The position numbers and the translations under genes were made by a program. Source: a virus (taxonomy: Duplodnaviria; Caudoviricetes). Taken from it: a stretch of DNA of 64,000 nt. Where the stretch lies: IMG/VR virus record IMGVR_UViG_3300014204_000141, positions 1 through 64,000 of that record, one strand, 5' to 3'. Of the stretch, positions 55,560 to 64,000 are shown piece after piece (position 1 is the stretch's first letter; the number at the start of each line of letters is the position of its first letter). The notes under the pieces were generated by a model. It saw nothing but the letters and a program-made list of their open reading frames with translations. It made no database searches and was not told where the DNA came from.

Positions 55560-57545
55560 ATGTCAATAAAAGTTCTACCGGATGGTTGGTTTACAGACAA
55601 TAACATAAGTGAATATAGAAGATTAGCAAGTTTAATTCCTAAAGGCGGAACTCTTGTTGAAATAGGTGTATGGAAAGGCCGAAGTTTATGTTCAGTTGCT
55701 GACATCATCAAATCGCGCAATATCAGGGTTATAGCTATAGATACATTCGATGGAACTGAGACTGAGGGGGACGCTCATGTCTTTGCCAAAACAAATGATT
55801 TGTTTGCGGTTTTCAGCGACAATATGAAGGAATTTGATTTGTCACCAACTATATATAAAATGACAAGTCACGATGCGAGTTTAGTTGTTAATGAAAACAT
55901 TGATTTATGTTTTTTAGACGCTTCTCATGAATACGAATCCGTTAAACAAGATATCGAGGACTGGCAACCCAAAGTCAAAGGCACCATAGCTGGTCATGAT
56001 TATGATGAAAAATGGCCAGGTGTTATAAAAGCTGTTAATGAATCATTTAAAGCTGTTATTAGTAGTGATATATGGTCTAAAAAAATTCAAAACGTTTTAT
56101 GTTATGTCAGTACTTGTGGTCGTTATGATACAACACTACCACTAACATTAGTGTCCATAGCATTACAAACACGAAAACCGGATCATCTTATTATATTCGA
56201 TGATAACAAAGAAAAAAAAGATTTACGTAATATAGAGTTATATAACTATTGTTTTAAACTCTTGATGGAAAAGGGTGTATCTTGGGAAGTCGTATTTGGT
56301 GAAGGTAAGGGCCAACATTTTAATCATGAACGTGCAAATATGATGGGATACGATCTCTGCTGGCGTACGGATGATGATGAAATACCAGAATCAAATTGTT
56401 TAGAGGAATTGTTAAAAGAAATGAAGGAAGGTGTTGGTGCGGTAGGCGGATTAGTTTTAATGCCGCCAGCACAACAACTACCAGAATATGAAGCAACACA
56501 AGATGATCCCATGTTGCAGTGGTTTCATTGGGACGGTCCATCAAGGCCCCAACATAAAATTTATTCTTCCTTTTTATATAGACCCGGTATAGTTCATTAT
56601 GATTTGAGATTAACTCAAGTCGCGCACAGAGAAGAAGATTTATTTACACGTCAGTTAGCAGCAAAAGGTTATAAATTAATTATTAATCCTAAAGCTGTGA
56701 CTTGGCATTTTCGTTCTAAAGGTGGAATTAGAAGTGGTAGTGAAACACAGGCGATGTTTGAACATGATGACAAAATACTCAGAGATTGGATGGTGCAACA
56801 AAAAACAGAGAAGAAAATGTTTGTATTTAATGGTGGTATAGGTGATAATTATATCGCGCTTCAGGCTTTAAACATACCACCTAAATCAGTAGTAGCGACA
56901 TGTTATCCTCTTGTTTTTAGGGACGCGGATGTAGAATTAATAAGTATTGCCGACGCCGTTAAACTTTGTAATATTGAAGATTATAATATTTATAAGTGGT
57001 GTTGTGATCATAAATGGACAGGTAGTATTGCTGCCGCGTATAAAGAATTATATAAAATGGGGGTTGATGTTGAACACAAAACAATATTAATTAGTCCATA
57101 TTCGGCACAACTCCGATCTGGTAAAGTCAATCCTAAAAATTATCCTTACTTTAAGATGTTAGTCAGACTTTTAAAATCTGAAGGGTGGTGGGTTCAACAG
57201 TGTGGTGTTAAAGGCGAAAAGGAAATAGAAGGCGCGGATGAGTTTTTAGTAAATCTTGATTTTGGTAAGTTAAAATCATACATTAAAAGTGCAAGAACAT
57301 GGATTGCTGTAGATAATTTTTTTCCGCATCTCGCTCAGAATGTGGAAAAACCCGGTATAGTAATTTTTGGTCAGTCTGATCCATTATTATTCGGTGAGCA
57401 ATCCAATTACAATTTGTTAAAAGATAGAAAATATTTAAGATCCAATCAATTTGCGACTTGGGATGAAGCTGAATATAAAGAAGATTGTTTTGTTAGTCCT
57501 GTTGATATAATGAAGGTTGTGCAAAACTATGATAAGAAGGTATGA
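55560..57545 (+). CDS. class I SAM methyltransferase + GT2 + GT9-like glycosyltransferase fusion
   Basis: MTase VEIGVWKGRS, FLDASH.YE.V..D, GHDY; GT-A SIALQT..PD.LIIFDD, TDDD, EED; GT-B GGIGD, KNYP, IAVDNF..HLA, IVIFG. Confidence 0.87.
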   Translation: MSIKVLPDGWFTDNNISEYRRLASLIPKGGTLVEIGVWKGRSLCSVADIIKSRNIRVIAIDTFDGTETEGDAHVFAKTNDLFAVFSDNMKEFDLSPTIYKMTSHDASLVVNENIDLCFLDASHEYESVKQDIEDWQPKVKGTIAGHDYDEKWPGVIKAVNESFKAVISSDIWSKKIQNVLCYVSTCGRYDTTLPLTLVSIALQTRKPDHLIIFDDNKEKKDLRNIELYNYCFKLLMEKGVSWEVVFGEGKGQHFNHERANMMGYDLCWRTDDDEIPESNCLEELLKEMKEGVGAVGGLVLMPPAQQLPEYEATQDDPMLQWFHWDGPSRPQHKIYSSFLYRPGIVHYDLRLTQVAHREEDLFTRQLAAKGYKLIINPKAVTWHFRSKGGIRSGSETQAMFEHDDKILRDWMVQQKTEKKMFVFNGGIGDNYIALQALNIPPKSVVATCYPLVFRDADVELISIADAVKLCNIEDYNIYKWCCDHKWTGSIAAAYKELYKMGVDVEHKTILISPYSAQLRSGKVNPKNYPYFKMLVRLLKSEGWWVQQCGVKGEKEIEGADEFLVNLDFGKLKSYIKSARTWIAVDNFFPHLAQNVEKPGIVIFGQSDPLLFGEQSNYNLLKDRKYLRSNQFATWDEAEYKEDCFVSPVDIMKVVQNYDKKV

Positions 57546-59559
57546 TGGTAGAGAACTAAATAATTATTCTGGTATACACTATACCGGACTTTCAACTGAT
57601 ACTAAACCTGAATACGCGTATGTTATTAATGGAAGTACGTTTTGGGAAGAAGATACGCCTCGTATATGGTTGCGTGTAAACAGCGTCTGGATTTTACAAA
57701 ATGGATTATCAGGGTACTCGGGTTGGAGTGGTTATTCTGGTTTGAATGGATTAAGCGGCTATTCAGGACTTAATGGTTTAAGTGGTTGGTCAGGTTCAAG
57801 TGGATATAGTGGATTATCGGGTTATAGTGGTTACGGTGGATACTCTGGTTACAGTGGAATAAATGGATATTCAGGTTATAGCGGATTTTCAGGATTTAGC
57901 GGTTTTTCTGGTTTAAGTGGTTACTTAGGATATAGTGGATACAGTGGTTTTTCGGGTCAAAGTGGTTGGAGTGGATATTCGGGTATTAATGGAGCAAGTG
58001 GATTATCAGGGTATTCCGGGCTAAGTGGATTTTCTGGTTTATCAGGTTACTCAGGAATCGATGGATTGAGTGGTTACAGTGGCGTATCCGGCGAATCGGG
58101 CCATTCTGGAACCAGTGGTTATAGCGGATTGTCTGGTTATTCGGGTATCAGCGGATTTTCAGGATTTAGCGGTTTGTCGGGAATTGATGGTATAAGTGGT
58201 TGCTCAGGTTATAGCGGTATATCAGGCTTTAGTGGTATTAGTGGTTATTCTGGAATAAGTGGATTTTCTGGCGAAAGCGGGTATAGTGGTATATCAGGAT
58301 GGAGCGGTTACTCAGGATACAGTGGTTTATCAGGTTACTCTGGTCAAGATGGTTTGTCAGGTTATTCTGGTATCTCTGGATATTCTGGTATTGATGGTTC
58401 CAATGGAGAACAAGGACTATCAGGTTTAAGTGGATATTCAGGTACATCTGGCTATTCAGGTATAAATGGTTTATCCGGTGTTAATGGGTCAAATGGAATT
58501 TCTGGTTACAGTGGAATAAGTGGTTATTCTGGTATAGAAGGTCTGAGTGGCATTTCAGGATATAGTGGTATGTCTGGTTATTCAGGAGTAGATGGTGAAC
58601 AAGGGTTGTCAGGTTTTAGCGGGGAAGTGGGTGTTTCAGGTTATTCGGGAACATCTGGATTTAGCGGTTACTCTGGTTTTAGTGGATTATCTGGTATAGA
58701 CGGTCAATCTGGATATAGTGGTATATCAGGATTTTCTGGAATAAATGGGTTAAGCGGATATTCAGGGGTAGATGGTGTAAATGGTGAACAAGGCTTATCT
58801 GGTTTTAGCGGTTATTCTGGTATCGATGGTCAATCTGGATTGTCTGGGTTTAGTGGTTTGTCAGGTTATTCGGGTGTTAATGGGCTTTCTGGATACTCTG
58901 GAATAGATGGTTTAAGTGGATATTCTGGCGATTCAGGTATAAGTGGTTGCTCAGGTTATAGCGGTTATTCGGGAATAGATGGTTCAAATGGTGAAGAAGG
59001 TTTGAGTGGGTGCTCGGGTTATAGTGGGATCAGTGGATGGTCAGGCATAGACGGTGTAAACGGTGAACAGGGTTTGTCAGGATACAGTGGTCAAAATGGA
59101 TTAAGTGGATACTCTGGTCTCAGTGGTTATTCGGGATTAAATGGTTTATCAGGTATTGATGGTTTATCTGGTTACAGTGGTTTCAGCGGATATTCTGGCC
59201 TGTCTGGTTATAGTGGTACTTCTGGGACAAATGGTTTGTCAGGTTATTCCGGTATTGATGGTGTAAATGGCGAACAAGGTTTATCAGGTTACTCAGGAAT
59301 TAGTGGTTATAGTGGGTTATCAGGTTTTTCTGGATATTCTGGTATTGATGGTTCCAATGGAGAACAAGGAATATCAGGTTATTCTGGACTTGATGGTGTA
59401 AATGGAAACAACGGGTCTAGTGGCTATTCCGGAATATCAGGTTACAGTGGATACTCAGGTATTTCAGGATTATCAGGATTTTCTGGTTATTCTGGTATTT
59501 CAGGATATAGTGGTATTAATGCGGGGGGATATGCATATACATGGTTTATGTGTAATTAA
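57529..59559 (+). CDS. collagen-like (Gly-X-Ser)n fibre protein
   Basis: N-terminal GLSTDTKP...NGSTF.E.DT module, followed by ~200 Gly-X-Y triplets. Confidence 0.85.
   Translation: MIRRYDGRELNNYSGIHYTGLSTDTKPEYAYVINGSTFWEEDTPRIWLRVNSVWILQNGLSGYSGWSGYSGLNGLSGYSGLNGLSGWSGSSGYSGLSGYSGYGGYSGYSGINGYSGYSGFSGFSGFSGLSGYLGYSGYSGFSGQSGWSGYSGINGASGLSGYSGLSGFSGLSGYSGIDGLSGYSGVSGESGHSGTSGYSGLSGYSGISGFSGFSGLSGIDGISGCSGYSGISGFSGISGYSGISGFSGESGYSGISGWSGYSGYSGLSGYSGQDGLSGYSGISGYSGIDGSNGEQGLSGLSGYSGTSGYSGINGLSGVNGSNGISGYSGISGYSGIEGLSGISGYSGMSGYSGVDGEQGLSGFSGEVGVSGYSGTSGFSGYSGFSGLSGIDGQSGYSGISGFSGINGLSGYSGVDGVNGEQGLSGFSGYSGIDGQSGLSGFSGLSGYSGVNGLSGYSGIDGLSGYSGDSGISGCSGYSGYSGIDGSNGEEGLSGCSGYSGISGWSGIDGVNGEQGLSGYSGQNGLSGYSGLSGYSGLNGLSGIDGLSGYSGFSGYSGLSGYSGTSGTNGLSGYSGIDGVNGEQGLSGYSGISGYSGLSGFSGYSGIDGSNGEQGISGYSGLDGVNGNNGSSGYSGISGYSGYSGISGLSGFSGYSGISGYSGINAGGYAYTWFMCN
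57703..59520 (+). repeat. 9-bp-period coding repeat (Gly-X-Ser)
   Basis: 1818 nt = 202 triplets (GYS, GLS, GFS, GIS, GID...); heavy synonymous variation. Confidence 0.9.
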
Positions 59560-59561
59560 TT

Positions 59562-60413
59562 ATGAATACATTAATTTTAGACGAAACAACAAAAACAATA
59601 AAAGTGAAAATGAGTGGCGCCGCGGCAACAACAAATCCAGATTTTATATCATCATGGGCTGATAACAATGGATCCGTTTTTACAGAGGGGTCTAGTGATG
59701 GCGTTTTGAATGGTACTAATGATGTTGTATTAGTTGCGGCCCCGGGTGCAAGCACACGAAGAATTGTTAAATCTATAATAATAGAAAATAAAGACACTGC
59801 CGCCGTCACCTTAACTATAATGTACGATAATAATGGTTCGCAACGTAATATTGTAGTTGTAACATTAGCGGTTAAAGATACATGGACACTCAATGGGACA
59901 TTTGATAGTAATGGAAATTTAAAACAAGCATTTGGCGGGTTAACTGATGTTGTCAATGACTTAACACCTCAACTAGGTGGAGAGTTAGACATCAATAGCA
60001 AAAACATAAAATTAAACGCCGCACCTGATAATGTAACTGCGACAGGCTTAATAATAACAACAACTGTAGACACGAATGCTGAAGGCATTGGCGCTCCATT
60101 AATGATGGCTGCTGACGGCCATCTTGATACTGCAAATGCAACAGCTGTTGCAACAGCACCTTGTGTCGCGCTTGCACTTGAAACTGGTACAGGTAGTAAG
60201 AAGATTTTATTATATGGTACTATAACACAAACCGATTGGAATTGGACAATAGGACCTGGTAAGGTTGGTTTTATATATTTAAATACTACAGTGGGAACAC
60301 TAACACAAACACAACCAACAGCAACAGATAATGTAATTCAAATAGTTGGGTGGGCAATTACAGCAGATACAATGATGTTTTGTCCTCAACTTGATTATAT
60401 AACACATGTTTAA
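59562..60413 (+). CDS. putative fibre/cement-like structural protein
   Basis: Thr/Gly-rich; DLTPQLGGELD.N motif; C-terminal YL....G.LT.T.P......Q.VG.A. Confidence 0.65.
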   Translation: MNTLILDETTKTIKVKMSGAAATTNPDFISSWADNNGSVFTEGSSDGVLNGTNDVVLVAAPGASTRRIVKSIIIENKDTAAVTLTIMYDNNGSQRNIVVVTLAVKDTWTLNGTFDSNGNLKQAFGGLTDVVNDLTPQLGGELDINSKNIKLNAAPDNVTATGLIITTTVDTNAEGIGAPLMMAADGHLDTANATAVATAPCVALALETGTGSKKILLYGTITQTDWNWTIGPGKVGFIYLNTTVGTLTQTQPTATDNVIQIVGWAITADTMMFCPQLDYITHV

Positions 60414-60427
60414 TTTGGAGTTTATTT

Positions 60428-61228
60428 ATGGCTTTAACCGACAACTTAATTTCGTACTGGAAACTTGATGAACCTTCTGGTGTAACAGCCACCGATGAAA
60501 AATCGGCTAATAATGGTGCCAATACAAACGCAACAGTAAATCAATCTGGCAAACTTGGAACATCTTATTCTTTTGGCGGAACAGCTTATATAACTGTTGC
60601 CAATGAAAGTAATTTTGATTTTGATATTGGTAATACCTATTCATTTTCTGCATGGGTATATTATACAACTGAAGTTGCCACCGGAAATTGTATTATATCT
60701 AAAAGATTATCTGGAAGTCCATATACGGGTATAAATTTTGGTATGTTTCCTCATTCAACAAAACAAAAACTGGCACTATTACATTATCACTACAATGGGT
60801 CAACACACAAATATATATATTCAAGAGATACTGCTGAAATGACAAAAAATGCATGGGTTCATGTTGTCGCGACATATGATGGTTCAGGAACAAAAGAAGG
60901 TATGAAATTATATAAAAATGGTACTGAGGTAACATATGTTTATGATGATTATGGCCCTGTCGCAACCCTTTTGACTAATGAGCCAGTTAGGATAGGTGTT
61001 GATTTAGAATCAAATAGATATTTTAAAGGTTCTATTGATGAGGTGGGAGTATGGAGTAAGGTTTTATCATCGTCTGAAGTAACCGCATTATACAACTCAG
61101 GAAATGGATTAACATATCCATTTGTAACAAGTAGTATAAAAACATTTAACGGTCTTGTGTATGCGTCAGTATCAAAAAAGAATGGTATCGTTTTAGCCAG
61201 TATAAAAAATGTGAATGGATTGGTATAG
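60428..61228 (+). CDS. LamG/concanavalin A-like domain protein
   Basis: LISYWKLDE, SFSAWV, W.HVVATYD, LY.NG, F.G.IDEV.VW...LS..EV..LYN. Confidence 0.9.
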   Translation: MALTDNLISYWKLDEPSGVTATDEKSANNGANTNATVNQSGKLGTSYSFGGTAYITVANESNFDFDIGNTYSFSAWVYYTTEVATGNCIISKRLSGSPYTGINFGMFPHSTKQKLALLHYHYNGSTHKYIYSRDTAEMTKNAWVHVVATYDGSGTKEGMKLYKNGTEVTYVYDDYGPVATLLTNEPVRIGVDLESNRYFKGSIDEVGVWSKVLSSSEVTALYNSGNGLTYPFVTSSIKTFNGLVYASVSKKNGIVLASIKNVNGLV

Positions 61229-61238
61229 GAGACAAACT

Positions 61239-61580
61239 ATGAATGTTATTTCGTCAAATGCTGTAGAAGGGTTTTTTATAGCATGTTCTTCATGTGGTAT
61301 AGAGGGTGGACTCCATTACATATCACAAAACCTGATTGTAATAGGATCAATTATTATTCCTTTGATATGGTTTGTTATGGAAAAAATCAAAGAAAAGTTT
61401 CCGAATTGGAATAAAAAAGCATGGGCTCCGCCGGTTATCGGAATGATTTTGTTTAGTGCTACGGGTTTAGTAAACGGTCAAATAGAAACAAGTTGGTATT
61501 CATTAATAAGTTATATTGTATCAGGTGCTGTTTCAGGAGGGCTCGCATCTTCCATTAGAGATGTTGTTAAAGGAAAATAA
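61239..61580 (+). CDS. holin-like membrane protein (3 predicted TM segments)
   Basis: Three hydrophobic segments, GA.SGG.AS and a basic C-terminus; AGGAG RBS. Confidence 0.55.
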   Translation: MNVISSNAVEGFFIACSSCGIEGGLHYISQNLIVIGSIIIPLIWFVMEKIKEKFPNWNKKAWAPPVIGMILFSATGLVNGQIETSWYSLISYIVSGAVSGGLASSIRDVVKGK

Positions 61581-61654
61581 ACATACAGATTCGGGTTAAT
61601 ATTTATCTACTATATATGTGAAGACGTTAAAACTACAAAGGATAGGTGTATCAT

Positions 61655-62071
61655 ATGAATTCTGAAATTGAACAAGCGACAAACGATGCTGTAAAACTTA
61701 TTGCTAAAGCAGCCGAGGATGCCGCTAAAGTCATATCTTCTACCGCATTTGAAGTTGTGCAAAATAATAGAGGTGGAAATGATCACGATTTGATTGTTGA
61801 GTTGCGAGTAAGAATGGAGGATTTGAAACTCGCTATAAAAGATCTTACTGATGGAACATCAAAACGTATTGAGAGTTTGGAATGTAACAAATTGAATATT
61901 AAAGATTCGTATCCTGTTGTCTATAAAACTGGTATTGAAAATACTATCAATGACCATGAGGGTAGACTTAGAAAAAATGAGGTTAATATTACTAAAATAT
62001 TAACATATGGTTCGGTATTGGTTGTTCTTATACCTATAGCTGAACGTTTAATAGTATCATTTTTTAAATAA
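61655..62071 (+). CDS. coiled-coil protein with a C-terminal TM (lysis-cassette type)
   Basis: DHEGRLRKNE coil followed by a hydrophobic tail. Confidence 0.55.
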   Translation: MNSEIEQATNDAVKLIAKAAEDAAKVISSTAFEVVQNNRGGNDHDLIVELRVRMEDLKLAIKDLTDGTSKRIESLECNKLNIKDSYPVVYKTGIENTINDHEGRLRKNEVNITKILTYGSVLVVLIPIAERLIVSFFK

Positions 62072-62072
62072 T

Positions 62073-62612
62073 ATGAAAAAATTTTTGAGTGTTATTATTA
62101 TGGTTTTGTTATGTGTTAACTTATGTTATTGTTCTGTTTTTACTACTGTCGCAAAGGTCATAGGTTCGTTTTTTGGTATCGCTAGTAAAGGTGAAGTCAC
62201 ACAACTTCAAAACAGCACATCGAAAAATTTTTCTGATATACAAACAGGTATTAACAATAACAACATAAAATTGAAAACTGATATATTAACAGAAATTAAT
62301 AGTAAGATCATACCTCAAATTGGTATGGGAAATTCGTCTGTTGTTACAGATAATAAAACTAGCGTTGGTGGTAGTATTATAACACAAAATGATGCATCTA
62401 TCATGCAACAATATATATCTTCTATTTCAAATATATGTGCGGGTTTGTTTATTGTTATTATTGTTCTTGTCAGTCTTCTCGCATATTTTATAGCTAAATT
62501 TTTTGCCTTGCGCCTATATAAAACTAATCTTGAGGCATCAAAACGAAAGTGGGAAGGCTGGTACAATTGTTTGGAAAAAAAATATATAGAAATTTTAAAA
62601 AAATCAAAATGA
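62073..62612 (+). CDS. secreted/membrane protein
   Basis: MKK plus hydrophobic signal peptide; second TM near the C-terminus. Confidence 0.65.
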   Translation: MKKFLSVIIMVLLCVNLCYCSVFTTVAKVIGSFFGIASKGEVTQLQNSTSKNFSDIQTGINNNNIKLKTDILTEINSKIIPQIGMGNSSVVTDNKTSVGGSIITQNDASIMQQYISSISNICAGLFIVIIVLVSLLAYFIAKFFALRLYKTNLEASKRKWEGWYNCLEKKYIEILKKSK

Positions 62613-63313
62613 AAAAGTATGTAATTTTTTCCGATTTTCATGCCGGCGACAATTCTGCGGCAGATAATTTTGGTGTATCGCATTGGAACACCGTAAAAGA
62701 ATACATTGATTATTATATTAATAATGGTTACATTGTAATTCTAAACGGAGATATTCTTGAAGGTCTTCAATTTAAGTATTCGGTTATCGCAAAAAAATAT
62801 CCGGGTTTAATTGAATTGTTAAGAAAACCATATGTTGTTGTTGTGAGAGGCAATCACGATGAAGATGCATTAAAAAAATTAGGCATTTTTTTTGTAAAAG
62901 AATTTACTATAGATAAAACGTTATTGGTGTATCATGGAGATGTATATGACCACCCCATGAACACCAAAATTGTTAGTCTGGCCCTACACATTTATAGATG
63001 GTTTGAATGCGGAATTGCTTTTGTTTTGGGTAAGGACATGCCCAATAAGATAGCAGACACACCAATTACACCTACAGATCCCAGATATAAAGGCAATAAA
63101 TCCGAATACATACAGGGTGCAAAAAACCGAGGTATTGAAGAAAACTTTAAAGTCGTTGTTTTAGGTCATACCCATGAACCTGGTTCTTTTGATTATGCCA
63201 ATGTAAAGGTTTTAAATTCAGGAACATGCCAATGTAATCACTGTATGTGTGTAACTGTAGAAATATATGATAATGGTGATATTAATTCTGAACTCAATGT
63301 GGTAAGAGGATGA
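62609..63313 (+). CDS. calcineurin-like metallophosphoesterase (LpxH-like)
   Basis: SDFH, NGDI, RGNHD, HGD, GHTH, NSG. Confidence 0.88.
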   Translation: MKKYVIFSDFHAGDNSAADNFGVSHWNTVKEYIDYYINNGYIVILNGDILEGLQFKYSVIAKKYPGLIELLRKPYVVVVRGNHDEDALKKLGIFFVKEFTIDKTLLVYHGDVYDHPMNTKIVSLALHIYRWFECGIAFVLGKDMPNKIADTPITPTDPRYKGNKSEYIQGAKNRGIEENFKVVVLGHTHEPGSFDYANVKVLNSGTCQCNHCMCVTVEIYDNGDINSELNVVRG

Positions 63314-63314
63314 T

Positions 63315-63593
63315 ATGTATAAGAAACACCTGCCAAATCCAAATTTAAAAACTGAAAAAGCTGAAATTATTGTAAACGGAATAGAAGTTTTTACTATTTC
63401 TTTTGACAAGTTAGAAGAAATTGATTGGATAGATGCGGATGCTGTGCCTAAAATCAAATTCATATCATTTTTAGAAAACTTAGATAAAAAAATTCATACG
63501 ACATGGGAAGACGATTGTCTTATATTTGATATTCTTGATCAGGGATTGAGTTTTTATAATAATTTTTATGAGTCAGGGGAAGACGACATATAG
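63315..63593 (+). CDS. hypothetical acidic protein
   Basis: 92-aa ORF with GAGG RBS. Confidence 0.65.
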   Translation: MYKKHLPNPNLKTEKAEIIVNGIEVFTISFDKLEEIDWIDADAVPKIKFISFLENLDKKIHTTWEDDCLIFDILDQGLSFYNNFYESGEDDI

Positions 63594-63628
63594 TTAAAAA
63601 AATAATGCCGACCTGTATATAATATGTT

Positions 63629-64000
63629 ATGGTAGATAAAAGAGATTGTTATATTCAGGGAACATCCTCTCAAATTCAACATTTAATAACACCGAGTGGT
63701 ATATATATTACACCCGGATATTTTTATCTTTATAATAGCGAGTTAGATGTACCTACCAATGAAGAATATTATATTTTTGCTAATCCCAGTGGGTGCGCGA
63801 TAACATCTGAAGACGGCAATTATTCAGATTTTCAAGTCGGATCAAACTTTTTTGTTATTGATTCTGAGACAGAATTATTTACAATGGACGATGTTGATGC
63901 GCACAAATACATAAAACTTGATTCTGATGTTTATGAAGATACTAAAAAAGTGTCTTGGGATTATGATATTGAATCCAATTCATATACTCCAGTTTTTGAT
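63629..64000 (+). CDS. hypothetical (probably virion) protein, truncated by the window end
   Basis: Open frame from MVDKRDCYIQG to the window end; preceded by TATATAATATGTT. Confidence 0.7.
   Translation, partial: MVDKRDCYIQGTSSQIQHLITPSGIYITPGYFYLYNSELDVPTNEEYYIFANPSGCAITSEDGNYSDFQVGSNFFVIDSETELFTMDDVDAHKYIKLDSDVYEDTKKVSWDYDIESNSYTPVFD

Noticed and set aside
57703-61228. Diversity-generating retroelement or CRISPR-like repeats in the fibre region
   Set aside because: The repeats are in-frame coding triplets; no reverse transcriptase or adenine-specific TR/VR pair was seen
935-63463. All minus-strand ORFs and short alternate-frame plus-strand ORFs in the track (e.g. 40806-41558)
   Set aside because: They overlap well-supported + strand genes or tRNAs and show no recognisable motifs; they are shadow ORFs

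Overview
This is a low-GC segment of a large tailed dsDNA phage genome with a contractile (myovirus-type) tail; every credible gene is on the + strand. From left to right: (1) 1-2810 is a dense translation-RNA cluster with 16 complete tRNA folds (two degenerate), a partial tRNA, a tmRNA and an unexplained tRNA-like RNA. (2) 2.9-10.4 kb holds an M15 peptidase endolysin, dNMP kinase, Cas4-like nuclease, RecD2 helicase, sigma factor, ribosomal protein bS21 and a Vsr-like nuclease. (3) 10.4-31 kb is the head and tail module: TerL, portal, prohead protease, major capsid protein, neck, sheath, three tube paralogues and two chaperones. (4) 31-50 kb carries three consecutive giant proteins. The first is tape-measure-like with an apparently inactive PD-(D/E)xK domain. 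The second (1996 aa) has the ordered motifs of both barrels of a two-barrel RNA polymerase, with DFDSD at the catalytic position. The third is a 2283-aa baseplate hub. (5) 50-64 kb holds baseplate genes, a methyltransferase-GT2-GT9 fusion overlapping a fibre gene of about 200 proline-free Gly-X-Ser triplets, a LamG protein, membrane/lysis proteins and a metallophosphoesterase. The best candidate novel systems are a tail-module single-chain virion RNA polymerase and a phage-encoded Ser-Gly virion glycosylation cassette. All calls come from reading motifs by eye; no database searches were run.
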